Positions 50,661-62,155 of a DNA stretch of 64,000 nucleotides are shown here, one piece after another (the first letter of the stretch is position 1; every line of letters starts with the position of its first letter). The notes under the pieces are model-generated. The model was given only the letters and a program-made list of their open reading frames with translations. It did no database searches and had not been told where the DNA came from. Source of the DNA: Massalongia carnosa (taxonomy: Eukaryota); assembly GCA_965645245.1 (NCBI GenBank), contig OZ287078.1, positions 62,001-126,000 on the forward strand, read 5' to 3'. Made by a program: the position numbers and the translations under genes.

Positions 50661-50932
50661 TAGCACCTCGGCAGCTCCTTACGATTCCTGTGGCAGGATA
50701 AAACGCACCAGCTTGCTGGGGGCTAGTGAAGTTGTCACCGTGACGGACGGCACCAGGCGTGTAAGCGGGATAGGGCCGGACGCTAGCAGGGAGGTGAAAA
50801 ACTCTTCACCTCCTCCATCCCCCCATCTCTTCTCTCTTTCCTCATCAACACTCATCAAAAATCGTGTTTCGCTGTTTCTACACACACACACTCACACACA
50901 CGCAAACATATTATTCATATTCTATTCACATC

Positions 50933-51878
50933 ATGAACACACGCAGTCAAAGCGGGCGAGAGAATCGCCAGACGAATCCTCCCCGTGGTGCGACCGGCAG
51001 TCGGGGTCGAGGCAGAGGCACACGCGGCCGGGGAGGCCGAGTCACACCTTAATCAGACTCTAGAGAGGCCACAATAGAAAATGAGTAACGCCACTCCTCC
51101 CCCGAGGCAATCCCGCCTCCAGACCGTCACGCGGCCCTCAGGGCGGAAGCCGAAAGGCTACGAGCCGAAGCAAAAGCCAGAGAAATCGAGCAAGAGGAGG
51201 CAGAGCTCGAACGCGAGATACAACGTCTCAGAGACGAAGCGGTGCTGTCACGCACAGACTCCGCACCACCCACAAATTCTTTAATACTACCAGCGAGACC
51301 GAGCGCGTTCGCGACATTTCATGCTGAGGGTGGAATATCGGGAAGAGGACGCCCTGGCCTCGGACGCACGAGGAATCACACATCTTCTTCGCGCGTTTCT
51401 CGTATACTGTCAAATCGTTATTCACATCGCTCACGCGGGCACACAAATGGAACTTCAAGCGGCAATGCACGTCTACATCGATCAATTGCTAGGATGGTCT
51501 CTTCTATACACGTTCGAATCAATTCGTCAATTCCACTTCGGCTTTCATAAAGCCCGCCTCGTGGAGGGCGTGGACGACCCGCGCGGTTGGCGGACCCTGA
51601 ACAGAGGTTTAGAAAAACTATATCTCCGTCGAAAAATCGATTACAACGCTGGCCCCAATCTTCGTCGAACACAGAGCACGAATTCGCTCGTTCAACGCAC
51701 GTCAAGTCAAGACGATCAACGCGGCATAGCAGCGTGCAGACGATACAACAACGGCGGCGATTGTCCAAGCAACTGCACATTTCGTCACGTTTGCGCGTCA
51801 TGCGGACGCCAGCATACGCAACGCGATTGTCGCATGCGCGTCAACCCATATCCTCCACAGCAAAGCAAGCCCCGTTGA
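50933..51878 (+). pseudogene. gag-like ORF with a C-terminal Cys/His finger
   Basis: CRRYNNGGDCPSNCTFRHVCASCGRQHTQRDC; upstream part frameshifted. Confidence 0.75.
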
Positions 51879-51959
51879 CTATCCGTCTCAAGCGCTCTCT
51901 CGTTCATTTCCGACGGTTTTCCATATCGGATAGACACCGACGCGGATGCGGACGAGGTA

Positions 51960-54050
51960 CGATGCCCACTTAAGTCAGCGGAATGGATATGACGATTGGA
52001 GAAACATCCAGACAGTGTCTATAGAAGGATAATTCTTAACATCATTCGATGTGGGGCAAGGATTGGCTACACAGGGCCAAAACAGCGTATCATAAGCCCG
52101 AACCTATCTTCTGCCAAAGATGCACCCTAGGTGTTGTCCAAAGATCTGGACGAACAGATTCAACTCCACCGTGTAGTACCCGTACGGGAACCACCGCCTC
52201 ACTTTATGTCCTCCCCACTGGGCCTCGTCCCCAACCCCAATGGCAAATGGCGAAGAATTCATCATCTGTCTCATCCACGCAAGGGCTCGGTCACTTATCA
52301 CATTCCCGCTGAATGGGGTGCCCTAGAGTACACGTCATTTGACGAAGCACTAGAAGCTCTTCTTGACGTCGGACGAGGAGCATACCTCGTAAAACGCGAC
52401 CTCGCGGACGCCTTCCGGCACATACCCGTCACAAGAGCGGACTGGTGGCTACTGGGTTTTCAGTGGAACAATTCTTATTGGATGGACATCTTCCTCCCAT
52501 TTGGTCTTCGTACCTCCCCATTTATCTTCGATCTCTTCGCGAAGGGAATAAACTTGATATTAGTCGTTCAAAACTGGCTAGTCCTACATTATTTAGATGA
52601 CTTCCTCGCGATTGTCAAGACGAGCGAGGAGGCATCCCGTTACGAGTCCGCGTTCGACACGTTGTGCGACGAGTTGGGCATGCATATAAACGCATCAAAG
52701 GGAGAGACGGGGCAAATCTGCGATTTTCTCGGGTTAACACTAGACACCCAACGCATGGAAGCCCGCCTACCTCCCGACAAATTAAAAAGGCCATCGAATG
52801 GGTCAACAGCGCATTGACGCAAGACTATACGTCCAAAGACGAACTACGTTCCCTTCTGGGGTTTTCTATCATTTGCGGCCAAAGTGGTCAAACCAGGCAG
52901 AGCCTTTTTACGCCGCCTATTTACCGCCCTCGGCGAAGACACGGGTCGGATCCGCATAGCCGGCGACATGCGACTAGATCTATTATGGTGGCAATACTTC
53001 TTTCCCCGATGGAACGGCGTTCAAATCTTACGATCGCTGAACACTAGAGAGGAAATTCGTCTACGGACAGACGCTTCGGGAACATGGGGAATGGGCGGGT
53101 GCTATTCGGTGCACCGAACCCCATACTCCACCGAAGCGGGCACGCTTTCTCGTCATTCAAATACACAAACACCAGAGACAACCGAAAAACAGCGTGCATT
53201 TGCCGAGGTATTTCTCCCAAGACGAGGTGTTCTCACGAGACCCTCGCATTGGATGCCTTCAAAGAAGAAGAACTCAATCTCTTTCGAGACGTCTTCAGAC
53301 AACGAGTTAAGGATACAAGATGTCCGGGTCTCGCAGTCTCAGGGGATAGTCGGGGTGATAGACGACGAGAATTTCAACGAATTCCTAGTCACACCTGCCG
53401 AGACGTCAGCCATACGGACCTCGTCCGGGGACATCGCAATGCGCACCTTTAAGTCCGGGACAACCGAGATAACCGAAGAAGGAAATTACAGCGAATTTCT
53501 GGAGGTGTCTGCCGAGGTGTCTTCGATGCGGATGGCCGGGATGACAGACGAAGAAAATTCCAAAGAATTTCTCGCTGCATCTGCTCGAGGTATCAAAGGT
53601 TCACCGGACCTCGTCCGGGAACATGCCGCGTCACGCATGGCGCATAGCAAAATAGTCGGAACGATCGACGAAGGACATTCAAAGGAATCTCTAGTCTCGT
53701 CCGCCGAAGTATTCTCGATAAGGACCTCGTCTAGAGACATGAAGAAACATATCAATGTCAAAGAAATGATGGCTGTATTACACGCACTGCGCAAATGGCT
53801 ACCTATTTTAAAGGATCCAAACTCGTCATAAATGGCGACAATCAAGCGGTCGTAAATGGACTACGCAACGGCTCCATACGCGGCCCGGCCATGAAACCCC
53901 TACGGGATATTGCCATGCTACTAGCATTACATGACATCGTCATTGAATCACATTGGATCTCATCAAGAGAAAATACTCTGGCAGATATACTTTCCCGCGG
54001 TCAATGGAACAAAATTGCTGACAACTATCCTTTACTACAGGACTTGACAT
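51960..54050 (+). pseudogene. reverse transcriptase + RNase H (DIRS/Ngaro-type)
   Basis: RT motifs SPLGLVP, WRRIHHLS, DLADAF, LPFGLRTSP and HYLDD. RH motifs TDASG, HINVKE, DNQAVV and NTLADILSR. Several frameshifts. Confidence 0.92.
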
Positions 54051-54059
54051 TAGCCCACG

Positions 54060-55046
54060 GGGCACAATCGGTGAACCACCGGAACACTGGTTCCAAAACC
54101 AAGAACTGTCAAACTCAGCAGCGAGATATCTATGGTGGGGCCTAGCTGTAGGGACTAGAACATCGTACGAGCAGGCACGACGAGGCTACACCGAATACTA
54201 CGTGATATGGAATCACGTCCCCTTTCCTCCGTCCATTCGCTCATTATGCGACTGGGCAGCTCATTTAAGCGACAAGGGCATTAACCCAAAAATCATAAAA
54301 CAATACTTAAGCGGCATCAGATCTTATCAAGTCGACCGAGGCGCGTCGAAGGCCGAATTAGACACCATCATCCCCAACTAGAGAGAATCGTGGCAGGCAT
54401 ACGCCGGCTCCGTCCCGCCGCCCAGCCGCGAGAACGTCGTCCTATAACCCGATCCATCCTAGAAGAGATCGTTAGTACTTTTGATCAAAATTCCTTAAGG
54501 GGAGCCATACTGCACGCGGCCTTCTGTTTAGCCTTCGCGGCCTTCTTACGTATCGGAGAATTCACATGGGAAGAAAACATGTGGGGAGACGACTTTGCCC
54601 AATGGCACATAACCAGAGGTTCACTATTACTGAGCGAGGACAGATTACAGCTGACCCTTCCCGCCTCCAAGACGGATCCCTTCCGACAAGGGGTCACAGT
54701 TACAGTAGCGGCCGTCAACGACGAAGCCTGCCCAGTCCGATCATTGAGAATTCTGATCGAACGTTTTCCAACAGATCTCACCCAACCTATGTTCTATCCA
54801 AAAAAGGCTTTCACGCGAAACTTTGTCACTAAAGCATTACGAGACGTTTTTAAAGACAAGGGATATCAGGGAAATTATTCATGTCACTCCTTTCGGAGAG
54901 GGGCCGCCACCTCCGCGAAAAACGCCGGCCTAAACGAGAATGAAATCAAGCTGCTACGACGCTAGAAATCAGACGCCTACCGATTATACATACACACAAA
55001 CTCCTCAATCATATGGAATGCCTCAAGACGACATCAAAGAGGCTGA
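54060..55046 (+). pseudogene. tyrosine recombinase
   Basis: FLRIGEF, SKTD, CPV, HSFRRGAAT and LLRR*KSDAYRLY (a decayed LGRW.S.AY..Y motif). Confidence 0.9.
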
Positions 55047-55918
55047 ATACCACATGTCCCGCACCTTACTCGAACCCTCACCACATGCACACCGCGCCCA
55101 CACCATCGCGAGACTTCGCACGCTCTAAACCATTCTTCTGCGAGAAACACGGTTTTGGGGGTTTGGGAGTATGTCTTGACCCCAGGGTTCGCATCTACAG
55201 CGTCCATGGACCCCGTAGCCTACCCGTTGCGGCTCCGTACCCGGCGCGGACGGCGCACGAACGGTGTCATGCCACACCCTAGGGTCAGGACTTTGCCCAA
55301 ACACTAGAATAGCAATAAACACAAGGTGGCTGCGTTTCACTAGAGCGTGCTTTGTTTGCCTTTGGTGAAAAGTCTGCTAGGCTTTTCCTCTTACATAGCT
55401 ATATAGTCAATGCGATTACCTGCAACAAGAGTCTCCTTTTAACTCTACGTTTCTTTATTATCTTTTGTCATTTTCTTATTATTTCTTCATTTACGCCGCG
55501 CAACGGGTCGGGTTGGGAAACCTGTAGGGCTCAACCCGGTGGGTTGGGGAACCGTTCCCGGGTTAACCCGTTTGACCCGTTCGACCCGGTCGATTTTTTA
55601 CGTCAATTTTAATTGTGTTTTTTAGACGTTTTAAACACATTTGAAAATCCAGAAAATTCAGAAAATTATTCATCGAAAAATGATGATTAGTACACCCGTT
55701 TGCAAAATGGTGTGCCGAACTTTGAACCCCGAAACTGCGCGGTAAAAAAAAAAAAAATAAGCGACAGAATTGGACCACACACCAGAATTTGGTGCAGTAC
55801 ATAGCTAATAGCCCTCCTCCCCTTCACACTGCCCTTTGCAGTCTATAGGATAATATGGTTAATGATATCCTTTTGATTGTCGTTTGTATGAACTTTCAAC
55901 GTAGTTATTCCAGTCATC

Positions 55919-56804
55919 ATGCCTCGAAAACAGCCTCCTAAACAGCCTTCAAAACAGCCCCCCAAACAGCCCTCCAAACAATCATGAAAACGAGCATCTA
56001 CTACTGAATTACCTAGGAACTCAGCACCTTCATTTAAACAAAGGCTTAGAATCAATCCTCCTAGATCATCATCACCAGTTTTAAATGCCCGTATTCCTGA
56101 TCTTCCATCACGTCCACCTTTACCATCTCCTCCAGCTTCTCCTTCGGCTTCGCCTTTACCTCCTCATCGTCTCCTCCTCCCCGAGCCAAGGAATGTTCGT
56201 CCGACTCGCAGTAGTACGCCTTCTCCTTGTCTTTCCGAGCTATCTAGTGCTCCTGAACCTGAGCCTGAGCCTGAGCCCGAGCCTGTTTTGTTTACTCTGA
56301 TTTACAAACCAAACCATTCAGCAGTGGAAAGGTACTGTTTATGAGGAAAAATGGGAGAAAATGGGAATCGAACCTGGCATCGGCATACGTTTGGCTCGCG
56401 ATGTCAGCAAATTTGCTAGACAATTGAAGCAGCAATCATCCGAGCACGATTCTGAACCTATAATTGTTCCTCCTCCATCAGAATCACGTTCCTCCAGTCA
56501 ATCTTTGCCAAAGAATTTCCGGCCAAGCTTCAATGTACGTCCGCTAACTACTAGGACTACACAAAAGGCTTTGAATGACGAGGAGGAGGGAGAGGAGAAG
56601 GAGGAGGACCTTGACGAGGACGAGGAGGAGGAAGAGAAGGAGGACAATCAGGAGGACGAGGAGGACGAGGAGGACGAGGAGGACGAGGAGGACGAGGAGG
56701 ACGAGGAGGACGAGGAGGACGAGGAGGACGAGGAGGACGAGGAGGACGAGGAGGATGAGGAGGATGAGGAGGACGAGGAGGATGATACGGAAGACAGTAG
56801 CTGA
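55919..56804 (+). pseudogene. accessory ORF inside element 4 (KQPP/KQPS repeats, acidic DEE tail)
   Basis: MPRKQPPKQPSKQPPKQPSKQS*..., then GIEPGIGIRLARDVSKF and (DEE)n. Confidence 0.55.
56576..56790 (+). repeat. (GAGGAGGAC)n 9-bp tandem repeat encoding poly-DEE
   Basis: Directly visible; about 14 near-perfect units in the core at 56651-56783. Confidence 0.97.
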
Positions 56805-57219
56805 TGAGGAAATTGATTTTTATGAGTTTTATTCAATACTAGACTGTCGAAACAATGCACCTGCATCATGTGAAACATCTTCACTTATAGCCTGTAGTGC
56901 TATGAAAATATAGCTTCACTTTGTAGGTATAATAGCATGATTGTCATTGAAGGTGTGGATTATATGTGAGCTATCTACTCATTATATAGCAGTCACATTG
57001 AAGACTTTCCGGCGACCCTCTTTCATAGGGAGTCAGCTGGTCCACTGATTCTCGGTCCCCAGAGGTCACTTCGGCCCCCGTGGTAGGGTCACCAAAGATA
57101 GGCACTAGACGGATGCCCATGATGGTAGTCTAACAGTTCTTACCATCTAACACTTACCCTCTAACAGTTCTTACCATCTAATAACTAGATGGATGTTAGA
57201 TGTTAGTCCTTACCATCTA

Positions 57220-58167
57220 ACAAGTGCATCTTCTAAAAATCTCCCAAATCCACCAGATTCCTCTATATATGAATCAATTAAACTACTGTGACGTTTAATC
57301 CAGGCCTTAAGAATAGAGAATGAAGTCTCTATTGGATTAAAATCGGGTGATTACGGAGGCAAATGAACCAGCAAAACATATGCATCCTGACACATGATCC
57401 TCAATTCCTCACTCCAATGTATAGAGGCATTATCCATAATCAAAACCGAACGAGGACCATTACCTCCAGCGCAGTACATATGGTAAAGCCTTGAGCCTGA
57501 CGAATTCATTCAGAATATCTGATATTATAGAGCCATGATGCACCTCCCAAGCTATGAAACCGTCGATGGTGAACGCTAGTAATATACTCCATCTCTTAGA
57601 AAGTTTGAGCGCTTGAATCATGGTCGGTTTGATTCCTGGTGCGGCCCATCCATATCGACGATCACCTAAAGTAATAACAATTAGCAAAGAAACTGAAGTT
57701 CTTCAAATAGTACTGACCAGTATGCTCGCATGTAGCGCTTTCGTCCAGAAAATCAACTGATCAGCCCTCCATCCTCCCAGTCTAATCATCTTCTCATCAC
57801 GCAAAGATTGGTTGCGTTGTTATGCTATACGAATAGCCATCTTTCGATTCCAGGCCATCTGCTTAAGAGTTCGAGAAACCGTAGACTCGCTCACCAAGAC
57901 GTCGAATTCATCATACAAAAACCAGCATATCTCGTCCAAATAAGAGGTAGGTCTCTGATCCAGATACATGAGTAGTTGCTCGATTTGTTGTTGATTCATT
58001 TTCTTGCGCCGGCCACTAGCAAGCTGAGGTTTTGCAACCTCACTGAAATGTTCCCAATTATGTCTCATCTTACGTAGTTGTCTAATGCTGACACCAGTAG
58101 CATCTTCATCCGATTCCAGTCTGAACTTTATAGCCTGGCGTTTGATGATGCTGAATGATCGTCCCAT
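57220..58167 (-). pseudogene. IS630/Tc1 transposase
   Basis: RPTSYLDEICWFLYDEFDVLVSESTVSRTL, DES, RRYGWA, MDNASIH and SPDFNPIE; degenerate. Confidence 0.85.
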
Positions 58168-58604
58168 GTTTGCTTTTGAAACTACGAGGTAGCAAGAATA
58201 AAGATCTACATGAAAACACTACATATCATTTATCCTACAGACTGCAAAAGGTGGTGTGAAAGGGAGGAGGGCCATTAGCTACTGCACCAAATTCTGCTGT
58301 GTGGTCCAATTCTGTCGCTTAATATTTTTTTTTACCGCGCAGTTTCGGGGTTCAAAGTTCGGCACACCATTTTGCAAACGGGTGTAAGTAAACTTTTTAT
58401 AACTTCAAACGTCATATTTTCGTCGAATTTTCATATTTAATTTGCAAAAAAAACTGACCGGGTTTGGTTGAATGGTTTAATCCGGAAACCCGCATAAAAA
58501 ACCCTGTCACGATTCTACAACCTATCCGGCGATATAGTTGTTAGTATAGTACATGAAAAATCTGAACATACTATATCGGATGCGGCTTAGAGACTTAATG
58601 TAGC

Positions 58605-61565
58605 TGTAATACGGATGGCGCTTGTAATGGGCTACGAGACCAGTAAGCTTATCACGAGCGACACTGATCTCGAAAGGGGAAATGCTCAGCGTGAGAGGAG
58701 GAAGATAGCTACTACGTGCTAGTCTCCGAGAGTATACGTGATCCAAAGAACTAATGGATGTGGAAGTGCTTAGACCAAGAGATCTCGTCCGAGACCTAAA
58801 CGTAGGTTGTTCATAGAATAAAGACTAATTGCTAACGAATACTACAAGATTCGTTCTGATATTTATCCTACTCACCCCAAGCCTATAGCCTTGGGAGCCT
58901 TGGAACCTTAGGAGCCTTGCAAGCCTTGGGAGCCTTGCGAGCCTTACAGCCTTGCAATCCACATCCGACTTTATCGCATTACATCCAACCATCCCTCAGG
59001 ATCCATCCACGAACTCGGCGTTCGCTGGATCATCTAGTCAGCCTCGAGCAGCCTTCTAGACCTTCCCTTGCAAGGTAGAACAATTCTACCCCCGGCTAGA
59101 TCCCTCACTACATGCCTCAGGCTATGTAGCTTCATTTCGCCGTCACCACTACCTAGTGATGGAAGGTTACCTCCGACTGAATACCTCGCTACACTGCGGA
59201 CCTGCCTCTAGACACAAGGTCTAGACAACGAGGTCATGTAGGTTCATTCAGCCGACATCACTACCAACGTAGTAATAAAGGTTGAAGCTGAAGTTTACAC
59301 CGGGGAGCCTAGCTCAAACTGCGTCCAGCGAGCCGTGCCTCCTGCTACCTCTCTTGAACCATCAAGAGATCCAGTAGCTCCGAGTAGGCCAGTAGATCCC
59401 ATATAGAGTTCCTTGGCGTCTCCACAGGAGTCCGCCTTACACTCCATGGCAATCTACCACCACGGCCTCGACAGGTGTTTGATCTGTAAGTAGTCAAGAA
59501 CGTGATAACAATAACTCCGAAGTTTCGGGGCAAGATGGCAGTGTGTCAGCCTCGACGGCTTATGCGACTTCGTACTACGGCATGGTCCACGCTAGTTAAT
59601 CCCGCAACCGCCATAGGCGATCACGTATCCCTCTAGCGCTGTAATACGGATGGCGCTAGAGGGATACGTGATCGCCTATGGCGGTTGCGGGATTAACTAG
59701 CGTGGACCATGCCGTAGTACGAAGTCGCATAAGCCGTCGAGGCTGACACACTGCCTGTTAAATAAACAGTTGACGGCATAATGTTGAAATTACTACGGAG
59801 GTGACTGCTTATAGTAGTCATGGCAGCCTGCAGGGCTGAGCTAGAAATTAATGGGGCTAAGCGAGTATTCCAACACTCCCCTTCGAGCGTGGCTCCCCTT
59901 TCGCCTCCATAATTGAAACTATCCAGCTTTTATCACTCCCCTTGCGAAGTGATTCATCCAGCTGTGTCCGATTCGCTTCCCTTGCGGAACGAATCTAGCT
60001 CCCTCTGACTCCATTTTCCCTAAGCACGTAGTTCTTTCTTATGTCTTTTGTTGTCCTGCTTTGTAGCCTCATTAAACCCATAACCATCTCTCGAAACGTA
60101 GCTTTTGTGAGTGTATGGGTGGATGGGAAGAGTACTATGGACGTGTTTTATTGATGGCCTGAGCAGAGCTTTTCTCGATGTCTCTGTTAGACATTTTCCC
60201 GCAGACCATTGACGTTGGTGGCCTGATCGCAGGGCTTTTATCTCCCCTTGCTGATCTGACCAGTAATGCAAGATGTGAAGTCTTCGAGGCACCGCCCATT
60301 GTAGATGTCCTCCTCAGCACGTTTCGTACGTACACCACTTTCGATGACGTTTCCGCTTCGTTTCCGCTTCGTTTCTCATCCCTTTCGATGTCGTTTCCGC
60401 TTCGTTTTCGCGCTTTCCACGTCTGAACTTTCACCTCATCATCTTCTTGATACGACATGATAGTACGTAGTCTATGCATGAAGGATGCCGTCGGAGGGGC
60501 GCAAAGCACAAACCCGGGACTCATAACCTGTTAAATAAACAGTTGACGGCATAATGTTGAAATTACTACGGAGGTGACTGCTTATAGTAGTCATGGCAGC
60601 CTGCAGGGCTGAGCTAGAACTAATGGGGCTAAGCGAGTATTCCAACACTGCCATCTTGCCCCGAAACTTCGGAGTTATTGTTATCACGTTCTTGACTACT
60701 TACAGATCAAACACCTGTCGAGGCCGTGGTGGTAGATTGCCATGGAGTGTAAGGCGGACTCCTGTGGAGACGCCGAGGAACTCTATATGGGATCTACTGG
60801 CCTACTCGGAGCTACTGGATCTCTTGATGGATCAAGAGAGGTAGCAGGAGGCACGGCTCGCTGGACGCAGCTTGAGTATGGCCTCCCCGGTGTAAACTTC
60901 AGCTTCAACCTTTATTACTACGTTGGTAGTGATGTCGGCTGAATGAACCTACATGACCTCGTTGTCTAGACCTTGTGTCTAGAGGCAGGTCCGCAGTGTA
61001 GCGAGGTATTCAGTCGGAGGTAACCTTCCATCACTAGGTAGTGGTGACGGCGAAATGAAGCTACATAGCCTGAGGCATGTAGTGAGGGATCTAGCCGGGG
61101 GTAGAATTGTTCTACCTTGCAAGGGAAGGTCTAGAAGGCTGCTCGAGGCTGACTAGATGATCCAGCGAACGCCGAGTTCGTGGATGGATCCTGAGGGATG
61201 GTTGGATGTAATGCGATAAAGTCGGATGTGGATTGCAAGGCTGTAATGCTCGCAAGACTCCCAAGGCTTGCAAGGCTCCTAAGGTTCCAAGGCTCCCAAG
61301 GCTATAGGCTTGGGGTGAGTAGGATAAATATCAGAACGAATCTTGTAGTATTCGTTAGCAATTAGTCTTTATTCTATGAACAACCTACGTTTGGGTCTCG
61401 GACGAGATCTCTTGGTCTAAGCAATTCCACTACCTTTAGCTTTGGATCACATATACTCTCGGAGACTAGCACGTAGTAGCTATCTTCCACCTCTCACGCT
61501 GAGCATTTCCCCCTTCGAGATCAGTGTCGCTCGTGATAAGCTTACTGGTCTCGTAGCCCATTACA
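58605..61565. mobile_element. two antiparallel nested ~1-kb solo LTRs forming a long palindrome
   Basis: LTR ends TGTAAT...ATTACA. Arms are 58623-59639 and 59653-61565, the latter containing a TRIM. TSD GCGCT at 58618-22 and 59653-57. Confidence 0.85.
59756..60647 (-). mobile_element. TRIM-like mini LTR retroelement, copy 1
   Basis: ~120-bp LTRs (59756-59875, 60529-60647) and TSD CTGCC. PBS GGTTATGAGTCCCGG; PPT AAGGGGAG; no pol domains. Confidence 0.93.
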
Positions 61566-62155
61566 ATGGGCATTCTCTACTTCAAAGAGGACGTTTTTCG
61601 TACGTTTAATGTGAGTCATCATGCCGGCTGGAGAGCTTTAAATCAGGAGAGCTCGCGAAGAAATCACAATAAGCCTGATCTTCCTGAAATGCGAGGGCGA
61701 AAGGCTATTGTTACTCCGCAAAAAAGTCGCGAAATGGAGCGCATCATAGAGAAGGAGGGATTTGAGGCGCGTGCTCTCACTTGGGCACAGTTGGGCTATG
61801 AGGTGGGACTTGAATGCTCGGGACGTGTCAGGGTCCTAGCCTGACATAAGGCTGAGATAGAAGGGAGGAGCACGGGAGCACGCGAGGCTAGCGCAACACT
61901 CGGTGCAGATATTTCTAGCGAGTCGCGCACAATAATTCTTTTCTTCTTTTGTAGATAAATTTTGGTTTAATAGCGGTTGATTAGAATTGACGACAGCTTC
62001 CTTACAGGACGAATCATACAAATAGCTATAGGAACGATAGACTATCACAAATGCGCCACATGCAGAAGGGCTGGGTCAATGAGAAAAAAGCTAGTCGTCT
62101 CTTTGATTGGGCCAAAGTTATATTGAAAAGATATCCTGAAAATTCTGACTGGCAT
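61566..62155 (+). pseudogene. Tc1-like transposase fragment 5
   Basis: RGRKAIV...ALTWAQLGYEVGLECSGR|IIQIAIGTIDYHKC...GWVNEK...RYPENSDWH. Confidence 0.75.
61826..62006. mobile_element. 181-bp solo LTR
   Basis: TGTCA...TTACA with TSD GGACG (61821-25, 62007-11). Removal restores the transposase frame. Confidence 0.88.

Larger units (their letters stand above)
50689..55276 (+). mobile_element. tyrosine-recombinase (DIRS/Ngaro-type) retrotransposon, degenerate
   Basis: gag - RT/RH - YR gene order. Putative 12-bp terminal inverted repeat TGTGGCAGGATA / TGTCATGCCACA; the ends are less certain than the coding calls. Confidence 0.85.
55693..58384 (-). mobile_element. Tc1/IS630-type element 4 with ~160-bp TIRs and a second ORF
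   Basis: TA|CACCCGTTTGCAAAATGGTGTGCCG... and ...CGGCACACCATTTTGCAAACGGGTG|TA. Confidence 0.93.
55495..58504. mobile_element. possible non-autonomous DNA element (hAT/MITE-like) flanking Tc1 element 4
   Basis: Clustered AACCCG/CGGGTT/GACCCG subterminal-type motifs at 55500-55595 and 58455-58504. True termini not found. Confidence 0.4.

Noticed and set aside
54060..55046. Starship captain or phage integrase
   Set aside because: The YR is short and directly follows gag and RT/RH, so it belongs to a retrotransposon. No DUF3435-like gene or Starship boundary is visible in the window.
56575..56913. Poly-Arg/Thr and poly-Ser ORFs
   Set aside because: They are alternative frames of the GAGGAGGAC repeat.
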